Shown in pieces: positions 1 to 14,044 of a DNA stretch of 64,000 nucleotides (positions are counted from its first letter, which is position 1; every line of letters begins with the position of its first letter). The position numbers and the translations under genes were made by a program. The notes below the pieces were generated by a model that worked only from the letters and a program-made list of their open reading frames with translations, searched no databases and was not told the origin of the DNA. Source of the stretch: a candidate division WOR-3 bacterium (GTDB lineage Bacteria > Hydrothermota > 32-111); NCBI GenBank assembly GCA_039804105.1, contig JBDRZU010000001.1, forward strand, positions 1,312,001 to 1,376,000. Reading direction: 5' to 3'.

Positions 1-603
1 ACGATAACATCCAAGGAGTTTTATATATATCCTCAAACATCGTGTTCTATTTATATATATGCCAAACTTCCTGTTCTTGAATTTTACAACTCTCAGCCGA
101 TTTTTGATGTTGATGGTATTTTTATAAACCTTCTGAAAAATGATACAATAAAAATACTTGATTTTATATCCTCAGGAGGTGCATTGACAAAGGATTCATC
201 TCTTGTTGTAAAGGGATGGAAAGTTTATAATATGAAAGTTGATTCTGTTGAAAAAGCAAAACTGCAATTTGTTTTCAGAAGTGATTCTGTTATCATAGAT
301 AGTGGAGTTTTTATAAGTTATGTTAAGGTAAAACCAAAATTCTTCTATTCTGAAACAACAGGTATAATAAGAACAGATACAAATGTTATACATAAAGATA
401 AATTAACATACTATTTTAAAGGACTAAAAGGTGTATGGAAAGTTAAAGTTTTCTCGATCGATGGAAGAATTATTAAAAATTTCACATTCGAAAACAAAAA
501 CAGTTTCACTTTTGATTTGAAAAATTTTTCAAATGGTGTATATTTTGTGGTGTTTGAAAACGAAAAAATCTTTTTTAAAGATAAGATATTAATCTTAAAA
601 TGA
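1..603 (+). CDS. C-terminal part of a secreted protein with a T9SS type A sorting-domain-like C-terminus (5' partial)
   Basis: Frame is open from base 1. Ends KVFSIDGRII...FSNGVYFV...KILILK, matching the Por secretion CTD pattern. Confidence 0.65.
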   Translation, partial: TITSKEFYIYPQTSCSIYIYAKLPVLEFYNSQPIFDVDGIFINLLKNDTIKILDFISSGGALTKDSSLVVKGWKVYNMKVDSVEKAKLQFVFRSDSVIIDSGVFISYVKVKPKFFYSETTGIIRTDTNVIHKDKLTYYFKGLKGVWKVKVFSIDGRIIKNFTFENKNSFTFDLKNFSNGVYFVVFENEKIFFKDKILILK

Positions 604-607
604 TGGT

Positions 608-1243
608 ATGAAACAAAGAATAAAACAACTTTTCATCTCAGGAATTTTAGTAATAGTTCCACTTTTTGTAACTGTATTGTTTATTACTTTTATAATTTCA
701 AAGTTGGGAGGGTTCTGGGGATTTATTTTTAAAAGTATTCCCTATGTTAGAAATCTCCCTATTTTTGTGATAAATTTTATTGGATTTATTCTTTCAATGA
801 TTTTAATAATAATTCTTGGTTATATTGGAGAAATGTATATTGGTAAATATCTTATATCTTTCTTTGAAAATGTTCTCCTTTCAACACCATTTGTAAAAAA
901 TATATATATGCCAACAAAAGAGATAGTCAATCAACTTTTCCAACAAAGAAAAAAATCATTTAAAAGGGTTGTTTTTATAAACTATTTTAACAGGGATATG
1001 TATACCATAGGGTTTGTAACGAATGATGAAAAATGGTTTATCGATGGAGAGGAAGCATTATCAATTTTTATTCCAACATCTCCGAACCCAACTTCTGGTT
1101 TTTTTGCTGTTATAAAGAAAAAAGATGTTATTGAAACTGATTTCACTCTTGAAGAAGCGTTCAATATAATAGTAACAAGTGGTTTGTTTATGAATAAGAA
1201 TGGAGAGATAACAGATGGAAGGAAAGTTAAAAGAGATTCTTAA
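608..1243 (+). CDS. DUF502 domain membrane protein
   Basis: Two N-terminal TM segments; FIPTSPNPTSGF motif typical of DUF502. Confidence 0.85.
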   Translation: MKQRIKQLFISGILVIVPLFVTVLFITFIISKLGGFWGFIFKSIPYVRNLPIFVINFIGFILSMILIIILGYIGEMYIGKYLISFFENVLLSTPFVKNIYMPTKEIVNQLFQQRKKSFKRVVFINYFNRDMYTIGFVTNDEKWFIDGEEALSIFIPTSPNPTSGFFAVIKKKDVIETDFTLEEAFNIIVTSGLFMNKNGEITDGRKVKRDS

Positions 1244-2036
1244 AATACTTTTTGGTAAGAATCCAAATACAAGGGAACAGTTTATAAAAGAGATGATAGA
1301 GGAATCTGAAGAGAAAAAAATAATCTCTGATGATGAAAAGGATTTGGTAGAAGGTATATTTGAACTTGAAGAAACTTTGATCGGTGAAATAATGGTTCCA
1401 AGAGTTGATGTAAAAGCGGTTCCTTTTGATGAGAGTTTAAATGATGTAGTTGAACTCATAAATAGAACTGGAAAATCAAGAATAGTTGTCTATCAGGGTA
1501 ATATTGATAACATTGTTGGAATAATTTACTCAAAAGATATTTTAAGATTTTTTAAAAGCCAAAAAGAACTTTATGCTGTTGAAATAGTTAGACCTCCATA
1601 TTTTGTTCCCGAAACAAAATCTGCCCTTTCAGCTTTAAGAGAGTTTCAAAAAAACCATATTTCGATTGCAGTTGTTATTGATGAATATGGTGGTGTTGCA
1701 GGTATAGTTACGATGGAGGATATCATCGAAGAGATCGTAGGAGAGATTCAAGATGAACTTGAAAAAGAGGACATAGATTATAAAAAAATTGATGAGAATA
1801 CCTTTCTTGTATCGGGAATGATGAACCTCGATGATTTCAACGAAATTATCGGTTCAAACTTTGTTTCTGAAGATGTTAATTCAATAGGTGGTTTTGTTGT
1901 TTCAAAACTTGAACATCTACCAAGAAAGGGAGAGGTAATTACGATTGATAACTATGAGATAAAAATTCTTGAAACTCATAAGCACAGGATAAACAGATTA
2001 CTTGTAAAGGACATAGGAAAGGCAAAAGAAAAATGA
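1215..2036 (+). CDS. CorC/HlyC (YbeX-like) CBS-pair protein, Mg/Co homeostasis
   Basis: EIMVPR, VIDEYGGVAGIVTMEDIIEEIVGEIQDE and a C-terminal CorC_HlyC domain; no DUF21 membrane part. Confidence 0.88.
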   Translation: MEGKLKEILKILFGKNPNTREQFIKEMIEESEEKKIISDDEKDLVEGIFELEETLIGEIMVPRVDVKAVPFDESLNDVVELINRTGKSRIVVYQGNIDNIVGIIYSKDILRFFKSQKELYAVEIVRPPYFVPETKSALSALREFQKNHISIAVVIDEYGGVAGIVTMEDIIEEIVGEIQDELEKEDIDYKKIDENTFLVSGMMNLDDFNEIIGSNFVSEDVNSIGGFVVSKLEHLPRKGEVITIDNYEIKILETHKHRINRLLVKDIGKAKEK

Positions 2037-5000
2037 AAGATTTTGTTCATCTACATCTTCACACCGAATACTCTTTACTCGATGGAGCAATAAACCTTGA
2101 TAAACTTATAAAAAGGGCTCTTGAACTCGATTATTCTTCACTTGCGATAACCGATCATGGGAACCTTTTTGGGATAATCGAGTTTTACGATAAATGTGTA
2201 AAAAATGGTATCAAACCGATTATAGGTCAGGAATTTTACATTGTAAAAGATCTTGAAAAGGATAAAAGTGAAAATATTAAGGATGATGATAAAAATTTTC
2301 ATCTTTTAATTCTTGCTGAAAATGATGCTGGTTATAAAAATCTTATAAAACTTTCTTCTGAGGCATATATAAAAGGTTTCAGATATAAACCAAGGATAGA
2401 TTACAACCTTCTCAAAAAACATTCAAAAGGACTGATTGGACTTTCAGCATGTCGAAAAGGAGAAGTACAACATTATATTCTTGAAAACAGATTTGAAGAT
2501 GCTTTAGATGCAGCAAAAAGATATATTGATTTTTTTGGAAAAGATAATTTCTTCCTTGAACTTATGAGAGTTGGTATGGTTGATGATCAACTCATAATTG
2601 AAAAACAGTTAGAGATTTCTGAAAAACTTGGAATCGGTTATGTTGCAACAAATGATGTTCATTATCTTAACGAAGAGGATTATGAGATACATGATGTTCT
2701 TTTGTGTCTTCAGACGGGAACAGTGTTGAGTGATGAAAGAAGATTGAAATTTTCTTCGAAAGAATTTTATCTAAAATCGAAAGAACAGATGAACACCCTG
2801 TTTAAAGATCTACCTCGTGCACTTGAAAATAGTGTAAAAATAGCTGAAAGATGTAATGTTTCAATAGATACTACCGGTAAGAACTTCAAAATGCCAAAAA
2901 TTTCAATTCCCGATGAGTTCGAAAATGAAAAAAATTATCTAGAATTTCTTGTAAATCAGGGACTTGAAAAAAAATTTAAAGGAAATCCACCAAAAGAGGT
3001 TCTTGATCGAGTAAAGTTTGAAATGGATGTTATAGAGAGAATGAATTATTCAGGATATTTTATAATAATCTACAACCTGGTTAAAAAGGCAAGAGAAAAC
3101 AATATTCCAGTTGGACCCGGTAGAGGTTCTGCAGCAGGTTCACTTGTTTTATATCTTCTTGATGTAACTAAGGTGAATCCGCTCGATTATGGTTTGTATT
3201 TTGAAAGATTTTTAAATCCTGATAGAGTTTCCATGCCTGATGTTGATATAGATATTTCAGATAAAGATAGAGACAAACTTATAAACCTTTTGATAGAAGA
3301 ATATGGGAATGAAAATGTTGCACAGATCGCTGCATTCAACAACCTTAAATCAAGACAAGTGTTTACAGATGTTGCGAGAGTTTTTGGACTTCCACCGTCA
3401 GAGGTGAAAAATATTACTAAAAAATTACCTCCAGACATTTCACTTGAGGAAGGAAAAAATGAGATAACAAACTGGAAGGAGTTAACAGGTGGAAAAGAAG
3501 AGTATGAAAAAGTATTAAACTTGGCAATTGGACTTGAGAAGAATAAGAGACATGTATCAAAACATGCTGCAGGAATAGTTATAACTCCTGGACCAGTAAC
3601 AGATTTTGTTCCAGTATGGAAACAATCATCTGATGATAATGGTATAGTAACCCAGTTCGAAAAAAATTGTATAGAAAAAATTGGGCTTGTGAAAATAGAT
3701 GTTTTAGGTCTGACAACACTTTCAGTGATCGAATTCACACTTGATCTTTTGAAAGAAAAGAATATTAGTATTGATCTTTACTCTTTACCTCTTGATGATA
3801 AAAAAACATATGAACTTTTACAGAGCGGAAAGACGATAGGAGTGTTCCAACTTGAAAGTGCAGGGATGAGGGATCTTTTGAAAAGATACAAACCGACAGA
3901 GTTTAACGATATAATCAACATCATAGCATTCTATAGACCTGGACCTCTCGGACCAGAACAGAAAGAAAGTATCATAAAAAGAAAGAATAAAAAAGAGGAA
4001 ATAACCTATAAACATCCAAAACTTGAACCGATACTCAAAGAAACTTTTGGTCATCCACTATTCCAGGAACAGGTTATGCAAATGGCTAACATGCTTGGTG
4101 GGTTCACTTTTGCTGAAGCGGATACTCTGAGAAAAGCGATGGGTAAAAAAGATCCTACAATAATGGATAGGTACACAAAAAGATTTGTTGATGGTGCAGT
4201 AAAACAGGGGATTCCTGAGGAACTCGCTTATGAAATCTTTGAAATAATGGCTAAATTTGCAGGATATGGATTCAACAAATCACATGCAACAGTTTATGGT
4301 CTACTATCATATTTTACAGCTTATTTAAAGGCACATTATCCTGTTGAATATATGTGCTCTGTTATAAATTCATATATATCGAATATCAAAGATATTGTTT
4401 TTTACATCTCTGAAGTTAAAGATATGGGAATTCCGATACTCCCTCCAGATATAAACAGTTCAGATTTTTATGTGAAAGTTGAAAACGATTCTTTAAGGTT
4501 GGGAATGGGTGTGATAAAAAATGTTGGAGAGAATGCAGTTAGAGAGATAGTAAACTCAAGAAACGAAGGAAAATTTAAAGATTTTATGGATTTTCTTTTA
4601 AGAGTTAACACAACAACTGTAAACCAGAAGGCGATAGAATCGTTGATAAAAGCAGGTGTTTTTGATTCTTTGAAGATAAGTAGAGATACACTTTTTGAAA
4701 ATCTTTCACATCTTTTGAATTTAGCACAGAGTAAGAAAAAAGAGGAAGATAGTGGAATGATGAGTCTGTTTGCTTCTGCTGTTGATCCATCTTTTGATAA
4801 TGACTGGAAAAAGAAACTTGTGAATCAAAAAAAGTGGGATAAAGAAACAACCCTGATGTTTGAAAGAGAGGTTCTTGGTTTTTATCTTTCAGGACATCCG
4901 ATAGAAAAAGAAAGAGAAATATATAGATCCATCGTTTCCGCTTCGAACGAAGATGTAAAAGATATGCAGAATGATACTTTTGTTACATTGATGGGTATAG

Positions 5001-5479
5001 TTACAGATTTCTCAAAGAAAAAGGCAAAATCTGGTGTTTACTATGCGAATTTTAAAATTTTTACACTTGAAGGATATCTTGACTGTATGATTTTTTCAAA
5101 CAAACTTGAAGAATACTCAAAAATTCTTTTTGATGATCAACAGGTTATAATTGAAGGTAGAGTTTCTAAAAGTGATAAGGATATTGAGGTTAAAATTGTT
5201 GTTGAAAAAGTTTATACTCTAAACCAGATAAAAGAAATGATCGATGGAATCGAGATAAGTTTACCATCAGATTCTTACAAGAACGGAGAATTTGATGAAC
5301 TTGAAAATGTTTTGAAAAATTTTAAAGGAGAGAAAAATTTGTATTTTAAAGTTTATGATTCTGAACAGAGTTTGATGATAAGATCTAAAAAATATAAAAT
5401 AAATCCAACAACACAACTGTTTTTGAAGATTCAAGATATTTTTGATGTTGATAGCGTTAAATATAGATTTAGGAGGTAA
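2033..5479 (+). CDS. dnaE: DNA polymerase III alpha subunit
   Basis: PHP HLHLHTEYSLLDG, GPGRGSAAGS, PDVDID, YGFNKSHA, C-terminal OB fold; 1148 aa. Confidence 0.98.
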   Translation: MKDFVHLHLHTEYSLLDGAINLDKLIKRALELDYSSLAITDHGNLFGIIEFYDKCVKNGIKPIIGQEFYIVKDLEKDKSENIKDDDKNFHLLILAENDAGYKNLIKLSSEAYIKGFRYKPRIDYNLLKKHSKGLIGLSACRKGEVQHYILENRFEDALDAAKRYIDFFGKDNFFLELMRVGMVDDQLIIEKQLEISEKLGIGYVATNDVHYLNEEDYEIHDVLLCLQTGTVLSDERRLKFSSKEFYLKSKEQMNTLFKDLPRALENSVKIAERCNVSIDTTGKNFKMPKISIPDEFENEKNYLEFLVNQGLEKKFKGNPPKEVLDRVKFEMDVIERMNYSGYFIIIYNLVKKARENNIPVGPGRGSAAGSLVLYLLDVTKVNPLDYGLYFERFLNPDRVSMPDVDIDISDKDRDKLINLLIEEYGNENVAQIAAFNNLKSRQVFTDVARVFGLPPSEVKNITKKLPPDISLEEGKNEITNWKELTGGKEEYEKVLNLAIGLEKNKRHVSKHAAGIVITPGPVTDFVPVWKQSSDDNGIVTQFEKNCIEKIGLVKIDVLGLTTLSVIEFTLDLLKEKNISIDLYSLPLDDKKTYELLQSGKTIGVFQLESAGMRDLLKRYKPTEFNDIINIIAFYRPGPLGPEQKESIIKRKNKKEEITYKHPKLEPILKETFGHPLFQEQVMQMANMLGGFTFAEADTLRKAMGKKDPTIMDRYTKRFVDGAVKQGIPEELAYEIFEIMAKFAGYGFNKSHATVYGLLSYFTAYLKAHYPVEYMCSVINSYISNIKDIVFYISEVKDMGIPILPPDINSSDFYVKVENDSLRLGMGVIKNVGENAVREIVNSRNEGKFKDFMDFLLRVNTTTVNQKAIESLIKAGVFDSLKISRDTLFENLSHLLNLAQSKKKEEDSGMMSLFASAVDPSFDNDWKKKLVNQKKWDKETTLMFEREVLGFYLSGHPIEKEREIYRSIVSASNEDVKDMQNDTFVTLMGIVTDFSKKKAKSGVYYANFKIFTLEGYLDCMIFSNKLEEYSKILFDDQQVIIEGRVSKSDKDIEVKIVVEKVYTLNQIKEMIDGIEISLPSDSYKNGEFDELENVLKNFKGEKNLYFKVYDSEQSLMIRSKKYKINPTTQLFLKIQDIFDVDSVKYRFRR

Positions 5480-5480
5480 A

Positions 5481-8912
<3,432 letters not shown>

Positions 8913-8916
<4 letters not shown>

Positions 8917-10217
8917 AATCTATACTCGTTGGTTCAGGAAGAGTTCTATATTCAATAGTAATTTTCCTATTAACTGTTGTATGTTCGAGATTATTCTCTG
9001 TTGATTTTTATGTGAATTTCAGAGAATTTATCCTTTATTTTTTAATAGGTATCAACTTAGCGGGAATACCTGCAACAAACACACTCTACTATTTTAGAGA
9101 AAGACACAATAAGAACATTTTTCAGATTTATATGATATCTTTCTTTTTCCTTTTGATTTTTTTCTTCATACTATTTTTAATTTCAAAATCGTTTTTGATC
9201 CCTTTATCTTTCATTGTTTCATTTTCTTCTATGTTTTTTCTTGTGTGTGAAGCGACATCACTTTCTTTGAGAACCCCTTTAATTTCAGTTTTTTTAAATA
9301 TTTTTGAATCTTTATCATTTTTTATTCCCATTTTTATAGTTTTTCTTTTCAAGGTTAATGAGTTTATGTTTTTTATTTATCTTTTGTTTCTTGGTTTTAT
9401 AAAAATTGTTTTCTATCTGTTATTAACATTGCTTATGAACAAAAAGAGCAAAGAATATGATAAAAATGAAATAATAAAATTTTCCTTACCATTATATTTT
9501 AATGGGATTCTGGGAAGTATATCAAAACAGATAGATAAATTCATCGTTTCGCTATTTTATTATGGTAAAAGTTTTGCTGACTATTCAACAGGTAGTTTTG
9601 AGATACCCCTTGTCGCAAGATTTTTTTCTGGTGTATTTCATGAAAGAGCGGACTATATAAAAGAAAAGATCGAAGAAAATAAAAATGGGGATTTAAAAAG
9701 AGATTTTGAAAAAATTTTAATGTATTCAGTTACCATTTTAGGGGTATTAACCTTATTTTTCTTTATAAATTCTAAAATAATAATCAGAATTTTCTTTTCG
9801 GAAAAATATGTTGAGTCCTATAAATTTTTTATGGTCTATCTCACGGTTTTACCTTTAAGGAATATTCCATTTGGTTTTTTACTTTCACTTAAAGGTAAAA
9901 ATTTTTTACTCTTTTTAATCTCACTCCTCGATTCTTTTTTGACAGTATTGTTTTCTCTGGTATTTGCAAAATTTTTCAACATATTTTTCGTTTCTTTCTC
10001 TTTTGTTATAGCAACTTTTGTTTCAGTCTTTTTGACGATTTTTTTCATCAGAGATATCTTTCCTTCAAAAGTTTTTGTTAAAAGATATTTTTTGATAATC
10101 TTTTTGCTCTTGGTTTTGATACCACTATTAAATCAATTTAATAACATTCTTTTAACCTGTATCTTTATTTTGATCTACATGATTTTAGATATTTTGTTGT
10201 TCTGGAGAAAAAGATGA
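8913..10217 (+). CDS. Wzx-like oligosaccharide flippase (MOP superfamily)
   Basis: About 12 hydrophobic segments; KFSLPL...ISKQIDKFIVS and FFSEKY motifs. Confidence 0.7.
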
Positions 10218-10975
10218 AAATCAAAATCCTTGGTTCAGGAACATCAACGGGGGTTCCAATAATAGGTTGCTCCTGTCATGTTTGTTTGTCAGAAGATATA
10301 AGGGATAAGAGAACAAGACCAGGACTGCTAATTGTTAAGGATGATTTCAATCTTCTTATAGATGCATCGCAGGATCTCAGAGAACAGTTGCTGAAAAATA
10401 GAATCGATCGAATTGATGGTATTATCATCACACATGCACATGCTGATCATATATTTGGTCTTGATGATACAAGGATGATATCAAAAAAGTATAAGAAAAG
10501 TATGGAAATCTTTTGTACAAAAAAAGTCGAAAGAGAAATCAGAAGAGTATACGCTTATGTTTTCAACGGTTCACAGGAAGGTGGGGGAAAACCAAAATTT
10601 TCTTTTTACAATGTTGAAAATCTGAAAAATATTGGTCCATTTTCACTGAGAACTTTTGATTATTTCCATGGAAATATAAAGATGAAAGGTTTTATTCTGG
10701 ATCAACTTGTTATACTTATGGATGGTTCCTATATAGATATGAAAAATTATAGGTTAATAAAAAAATATGGTAAACATATCATAATCAATGGATTAAGAAC
10801 TCGGCCCCATCCAACACACTTTTCAATCTCCGAAGCAATTTTTTTTGTAAAATCTCTTGGGTTTGAAAGTGGATTTTTAGTCCACATATCTGATTCTCTA
10901 AAACACAAGGATATGTTAAAGATCGTTCCAGAAAATATTTTTCCAACCTATGATTGTATGGAAATCGAAATATGA
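10214..10975 (+). CDS. MBL-fold metallohydrolase, PhnP-like
   Basis: LGSGTSTGVP, CSCHVC, THAHADH. Confidence 0.9.
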   Translation: MKIKILGSGTSTGVPIIGCSCHVCLSEDIRDKRTRPGLLIVKDDFNLLIDASQDLREQLLKNRIDRIDGIIITHAHADHIFGLDDTRMISKKYKKSMEIFCTKKVEREIRRVYAYVFNGSQEGGGKPKFSFYNVENLKNIGPFSLRTFDYFHGNIKMKGFILDQLVILMDGSYIDMKNYRLIKKYGKHIIINGLRTRPHPTHFSISEAIFFVKSLGFESGFLVHISDSLKHKDMLKIVPENIFPTYDCMEIEI

Positions 10976-12957
10976 AAAAGTTTAAAATAGTTTCCAAATT
11001 TTCACCTTCAGATGAGCAAAAAAAAGCGATAGACAAACTTGTTGAAGGTGTTTTGAATGGTAAAAAATATCAGGTTTTACTTGGAATAACAGGTTCTGGA
11101 AAGACATTCACAATAGCAAATGTTATTGAGAGGTTAAACAAACCAACTTTGATAATCTCACACAACAAAACACTTGCAGCACAACTTTATGGTGAATTGA
11201 AAACTCTCTTTCCTGAAAACAGTGTTGAATATTTTATCTCTTATTATGATTATTATCAACCCGAAGCATATCTTCCCGATAGAGATATTTATATAGAAAA
11301 AGAGGTTGATATTAATGAGTACATTGATAAATTAAGATTAAGAGCAACTGTTTCTTTATATGAAAGACGTGATGTAATAATTGTTGCATCTGTATCCTCC
11401 ATATACACCCTTGGATCACCTTCAGATTACTATGATCAAATTTTTTCTATAAGAAGAGGTGATTTTTATGATCTTGATAGATTGATAGATAAACTCATAA
11501 CGATGCAATACCAGAGAAACGATATAGATTTTTCAAGAGGTAGATTCAGAGTGCTTGGAAACACGGTTGATATTTTTCCATCACATCTTGATATTCCAGT
11601 AAAGATAATTTTTGATGATCAAAAAATAGATGAAATATACACATTCGATAGTTTAAACAATTCAAAGATTGAAGAACTTGAGATTTTTTCTTTCTTTCCT
11701 GCAAAACATTTTGTGACATCAGATGAAAGGATAAAAAGGGCAGTTGTTTCGATAAGAAAAGAATTGAAAGAAAGAGAAAAGGAATTGAAAGAAGCGGGTA
11801 AAATACTTGAAGCAACAAGGTTAGTGTCAAGAACAAACTATGATCTTGAACTTTTGAAAGAGGTTGGCTATTGTCCAGGTATTGAAAATTACTCAAGACA
11901 TATCGATGGAAGAAAAGAAGGAGAAAGGCCTTATACTCTTATAGATTATTTCGGAGAAGATTTTTTGACTGTTATCGATGAATCACATGTGACGATTCCG
12001 CAGATAAGGGGGATGTATAATGGAGATAGAGCAAGAAAAATCAACCTTATAGAATACGGTTTCAGATTGAAATCCGCGCTCGATAACAGACCTCTAAAAC
12101 TTGAAGAATTTGAAAGAATAACCGGATCTATAATCTGTATGTCAGCAACACCCGATGAGTATGAGATAAACAAATCGAATGGGGTTGTTGAACTTGTTAT
12201 AAGACCAACAGGGCTTGTTGATCCTGAAGTTATAATTAAAAGTTCAAAAAACCAGGTAGAGGATCTTATAGATAATATAAAAGAGGTTGTTGAAAGAAAT
12301 GAGAGAGTTCTGGTAACAACATTGACAAAAAAGATGGCTGAATCACTTGCAAAATATCTTGAAGAGAAAGGTATAAGGGTAAAATATATGCATTCTGAGA
12401 TAGATTCGATTGAAAGAGTTAGTATAATAAGAGGTTTAAGGTTGAAAGATTTCGATGTACTTGTAGGAATAAATCTTTTAAGAGAGGGCCTCGATTTACC
12501 AGAGGTCTCACTTGTAGCAATACTTGATGCTGATAAAGAGGGTTTTTTAAGATCTGAAACTTCCTTGATACAAACGATAGGAAGAGCATCAAGAAATGTT
12601 AACGGTAAAGTTATACTTTATGCTGATAGATTAACAGAAAGTATGAAAAAGGCGGTTGAGATAACTAATAGGAGAAGAGAAAAGCAGATACTTTACAACA
12701 AAGAACACAATATAACTCCAAAAACGATATCAAAAGAGGTAGAGGATATACTTGTTATCACAGATATAGCGTCATCTTTTACAAAAGAAATTGAAAATCA
12801 GATTGATGAGGATTATAAACAATTATCAACTGTGGAGAAGATAGATCTTATTGAAAAACTGACTCAAAGGATGCACAAATTCGCTGCTGAACTTGAATTT
12901 GAAAAAGCAGCAAAATTAAGGGATAAAATAAAAGAGATAAAAAAAAGTATCGATTAA
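10972..12957 (+). CDS. uvrB: Excinuclease ABC subunit B
   Basis: GITGSGKT, YYDYYQPEAY beta-hairpin, DESH, C-terminal UVR domain. Confidence 0.98.
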   Translation: MKKFKIVSKFSPSDEQKKAIDKLVEGVLNGKKYQVLLGITGSGKTFTIANVIERLNKPTLIISHNKTLAAQLYGELKTLFPENSVEYFISYYDYYQPEAYLPDRDIYIEKEVDINEYIDKLRLRATVSLYERRDVIIVASVSSIYTLGSPSDYYDQIFSIRRGDFYDLDRLIDKLITMQYQRNDIDFSRGRFRVLGNTVDIFPSHLDIPVKIIFDDQKIDEIYTFDSLNNSKIEELEIFSFFPAKHFVTSDERIKRAVVSIRKELKEREKELKEAGKILEATRLVSRTNYDLELLKEVGYCPGIENYSRHIDGRKEGERPYTLIDYFGEDFLTVIDESHVTIPQIRGMYNGDRARKINLIEYGFRLKSALDNRPLKLEEFERITGSIICMSATPDEYEINKSNGVVELVIRPTGLVDPEVIIKSSKNQVEDLIDNIKEVVERNERVLVTTLTKKMAESLAKYLEEKGIRVKYMHSEIDSIERVSIIRGLRLKDFDVLVGINLLREGLDLPEVSLVAILDADKEGFLRSETSLIQTIGRASRNVNGKVILYADRLTESMKKAVEITNRRREKQILYNKEHNITPKTISKEVEDILVITDIASSFTKEIENQIDEDYKQLSTVEKIDLIEKLTQRMHKFAAELEFEKAAKLRDKIKEIKKSID

Positions 12958-13964
12958 CGATCTTTGTTTGTTATAAAATTCAGAAATCTAATAACTCCAC
13001 TTACGAGAATATTGTCAACACTTTCTCCGACACAAGGGAAAAAGCACCTATCACATTTTGAAAGTTTTTTTATATTGTATTCGTAAATGTTTTTATCTTT
13101 CAATTCTGTAAATCCATCAGAAAAAATATTTCCGTAACTTTTCATATCTTCAATAAAGCGAGGTTCACAGGGGTTTATCGTTCCATCGTTTTCTATCTGA
13201 ATTGAAATTTTTGCTTTATTACAGATATAAGGTGAATTATCTCTCATGATTTTCAATGCTTTTATAGAATTGTTAACAGGATAACCTGTTTTCTTATAGA
13301 ATATTATTCTATTAAAAACCTCATACCTTTCTTTTTTATCAAGTATTATATTTTCGTTGTAATCCGAAAATATATTTGAGGGAAAAAATTCTACAACTAT
13401 TCCATACTTTTTTGCAAACCGTAACACATCTAAAGTATCATCCTTATTGATTCTGTTAATATGTGACCAGATTTTTAATCTTACATTTTTTTGATTTTTG
13501 AAAAGTTCAATTCCTTCGACAATTTTTTCAAAAAGTTTTGGAGTTCTTCTTGTTTTGTTATGTTTTTCTCCAGTTGATTCTAAAGAAATTATTATTATAT
13601 CAATGTTGTCTTTAATATCATCATATCTTTCTTTTAAAAGATATCCTGAGGTGCACATGCTTGTTTTGTATCCAATATTTTTTGCGGTTTTGAGAAAATA
13701 ACCGAGGTCTTTTACAAGTAAAGGTTCTCCACCCCATAAAACATAGGTTGAAAATCCCATTTCCCAACCATTTTTCAAAATCTCACTTATTTTTTCTTTA
13801 GAAATAATAATTTCTTTCGGATCAGAATTTTTCCAGAAATCACAGAATTCGCATCTGCAATTGCAGGATAATGTTGGTTTATGATAAAGAATAAAAGGTC
13901 TTTTCTTTATGATAGAACTTATCGTTTTTATATAATATTTTATTCCTATATTTTGATCAAACAT
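12954..13964 (-). CDS. Radical SAM protein with SPASM/Twitch-like C-terminal cysteines
   Basis: CNCRCEFC, WGGEP; C-terminal C...PC...CDRCFFPC. Confidence 0.85.
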   Translation of the reverse strand: MFDQNIGIKYYIKTISSIIKKRPFILYHKPTLSCNCRCEFCDFWKNSDPKEIIISKEKISEILKNGWEMGFSTYVLWGGEPLLVKDLGYFLKTAKNIGYKTSMCTSGYLLKERYDDIKDNIDIIIISLESTGEKHNKTRRTPKLFEKIVEGIELFKNQKNVRLKIWSHINRINKDDTLDVLRFAKKYGIVVEFFPSNIFSDYNENIILDKKERYEVFNRIIFYKKTGYPVNNSIKALKIMRDNSPYICNKAKISIQIENDGTINPCEPRFIEDMKSYGNIFSDGFTELKDKNIYEYNIKKLSKCDRCFFPCVGESVDNILVSGVIRFLNFITNKDR

Positions 13965-13970
13965 ATATTG

Positions 13971-13999
13971 ATTATATTTGTTTGAAGAAAGTTTATCAA
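13971..13999 (-). promoter_or_regulatory. Putative sigma70 promoter of the radical SAM gene (leaderless)
   Basis: TTGATA-N17-TATAAT on the - strand, 6 nt before the ATG. Confidence 0.55.
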
Positions 14000-14010
14000 T
14001 AGTTGAACAC

Positions 14011-14038
14011 TTGATTTTTGTTAAGGCAGGTTTATTAT
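14011..14038 (+). promoter_or_regulatory. Putative sigma70 promoter of the carboxypeptidase-xerC unit (leaderless)
   Basis: TTGATT-N16-TATTAT, 6 nt before ATG 14045. Confidence 0.45.
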
Positions 14039-14044
14039 AAAATT

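Noticed and set aside
2033..5479. Possible intein in dnaE
   Set aside because: The length is normal and I saw no intein or homing endonuclease motifs.
12954..13964. Radical SAM gene as AmrS of the AmmeMemoRadiSam system
   Set aside because: It lacks the N-terminal Cys-rich extension typical of AmrS, has C-terminal SPASM-like cysteines, and is in a separate transcription unit over 5 kb away.
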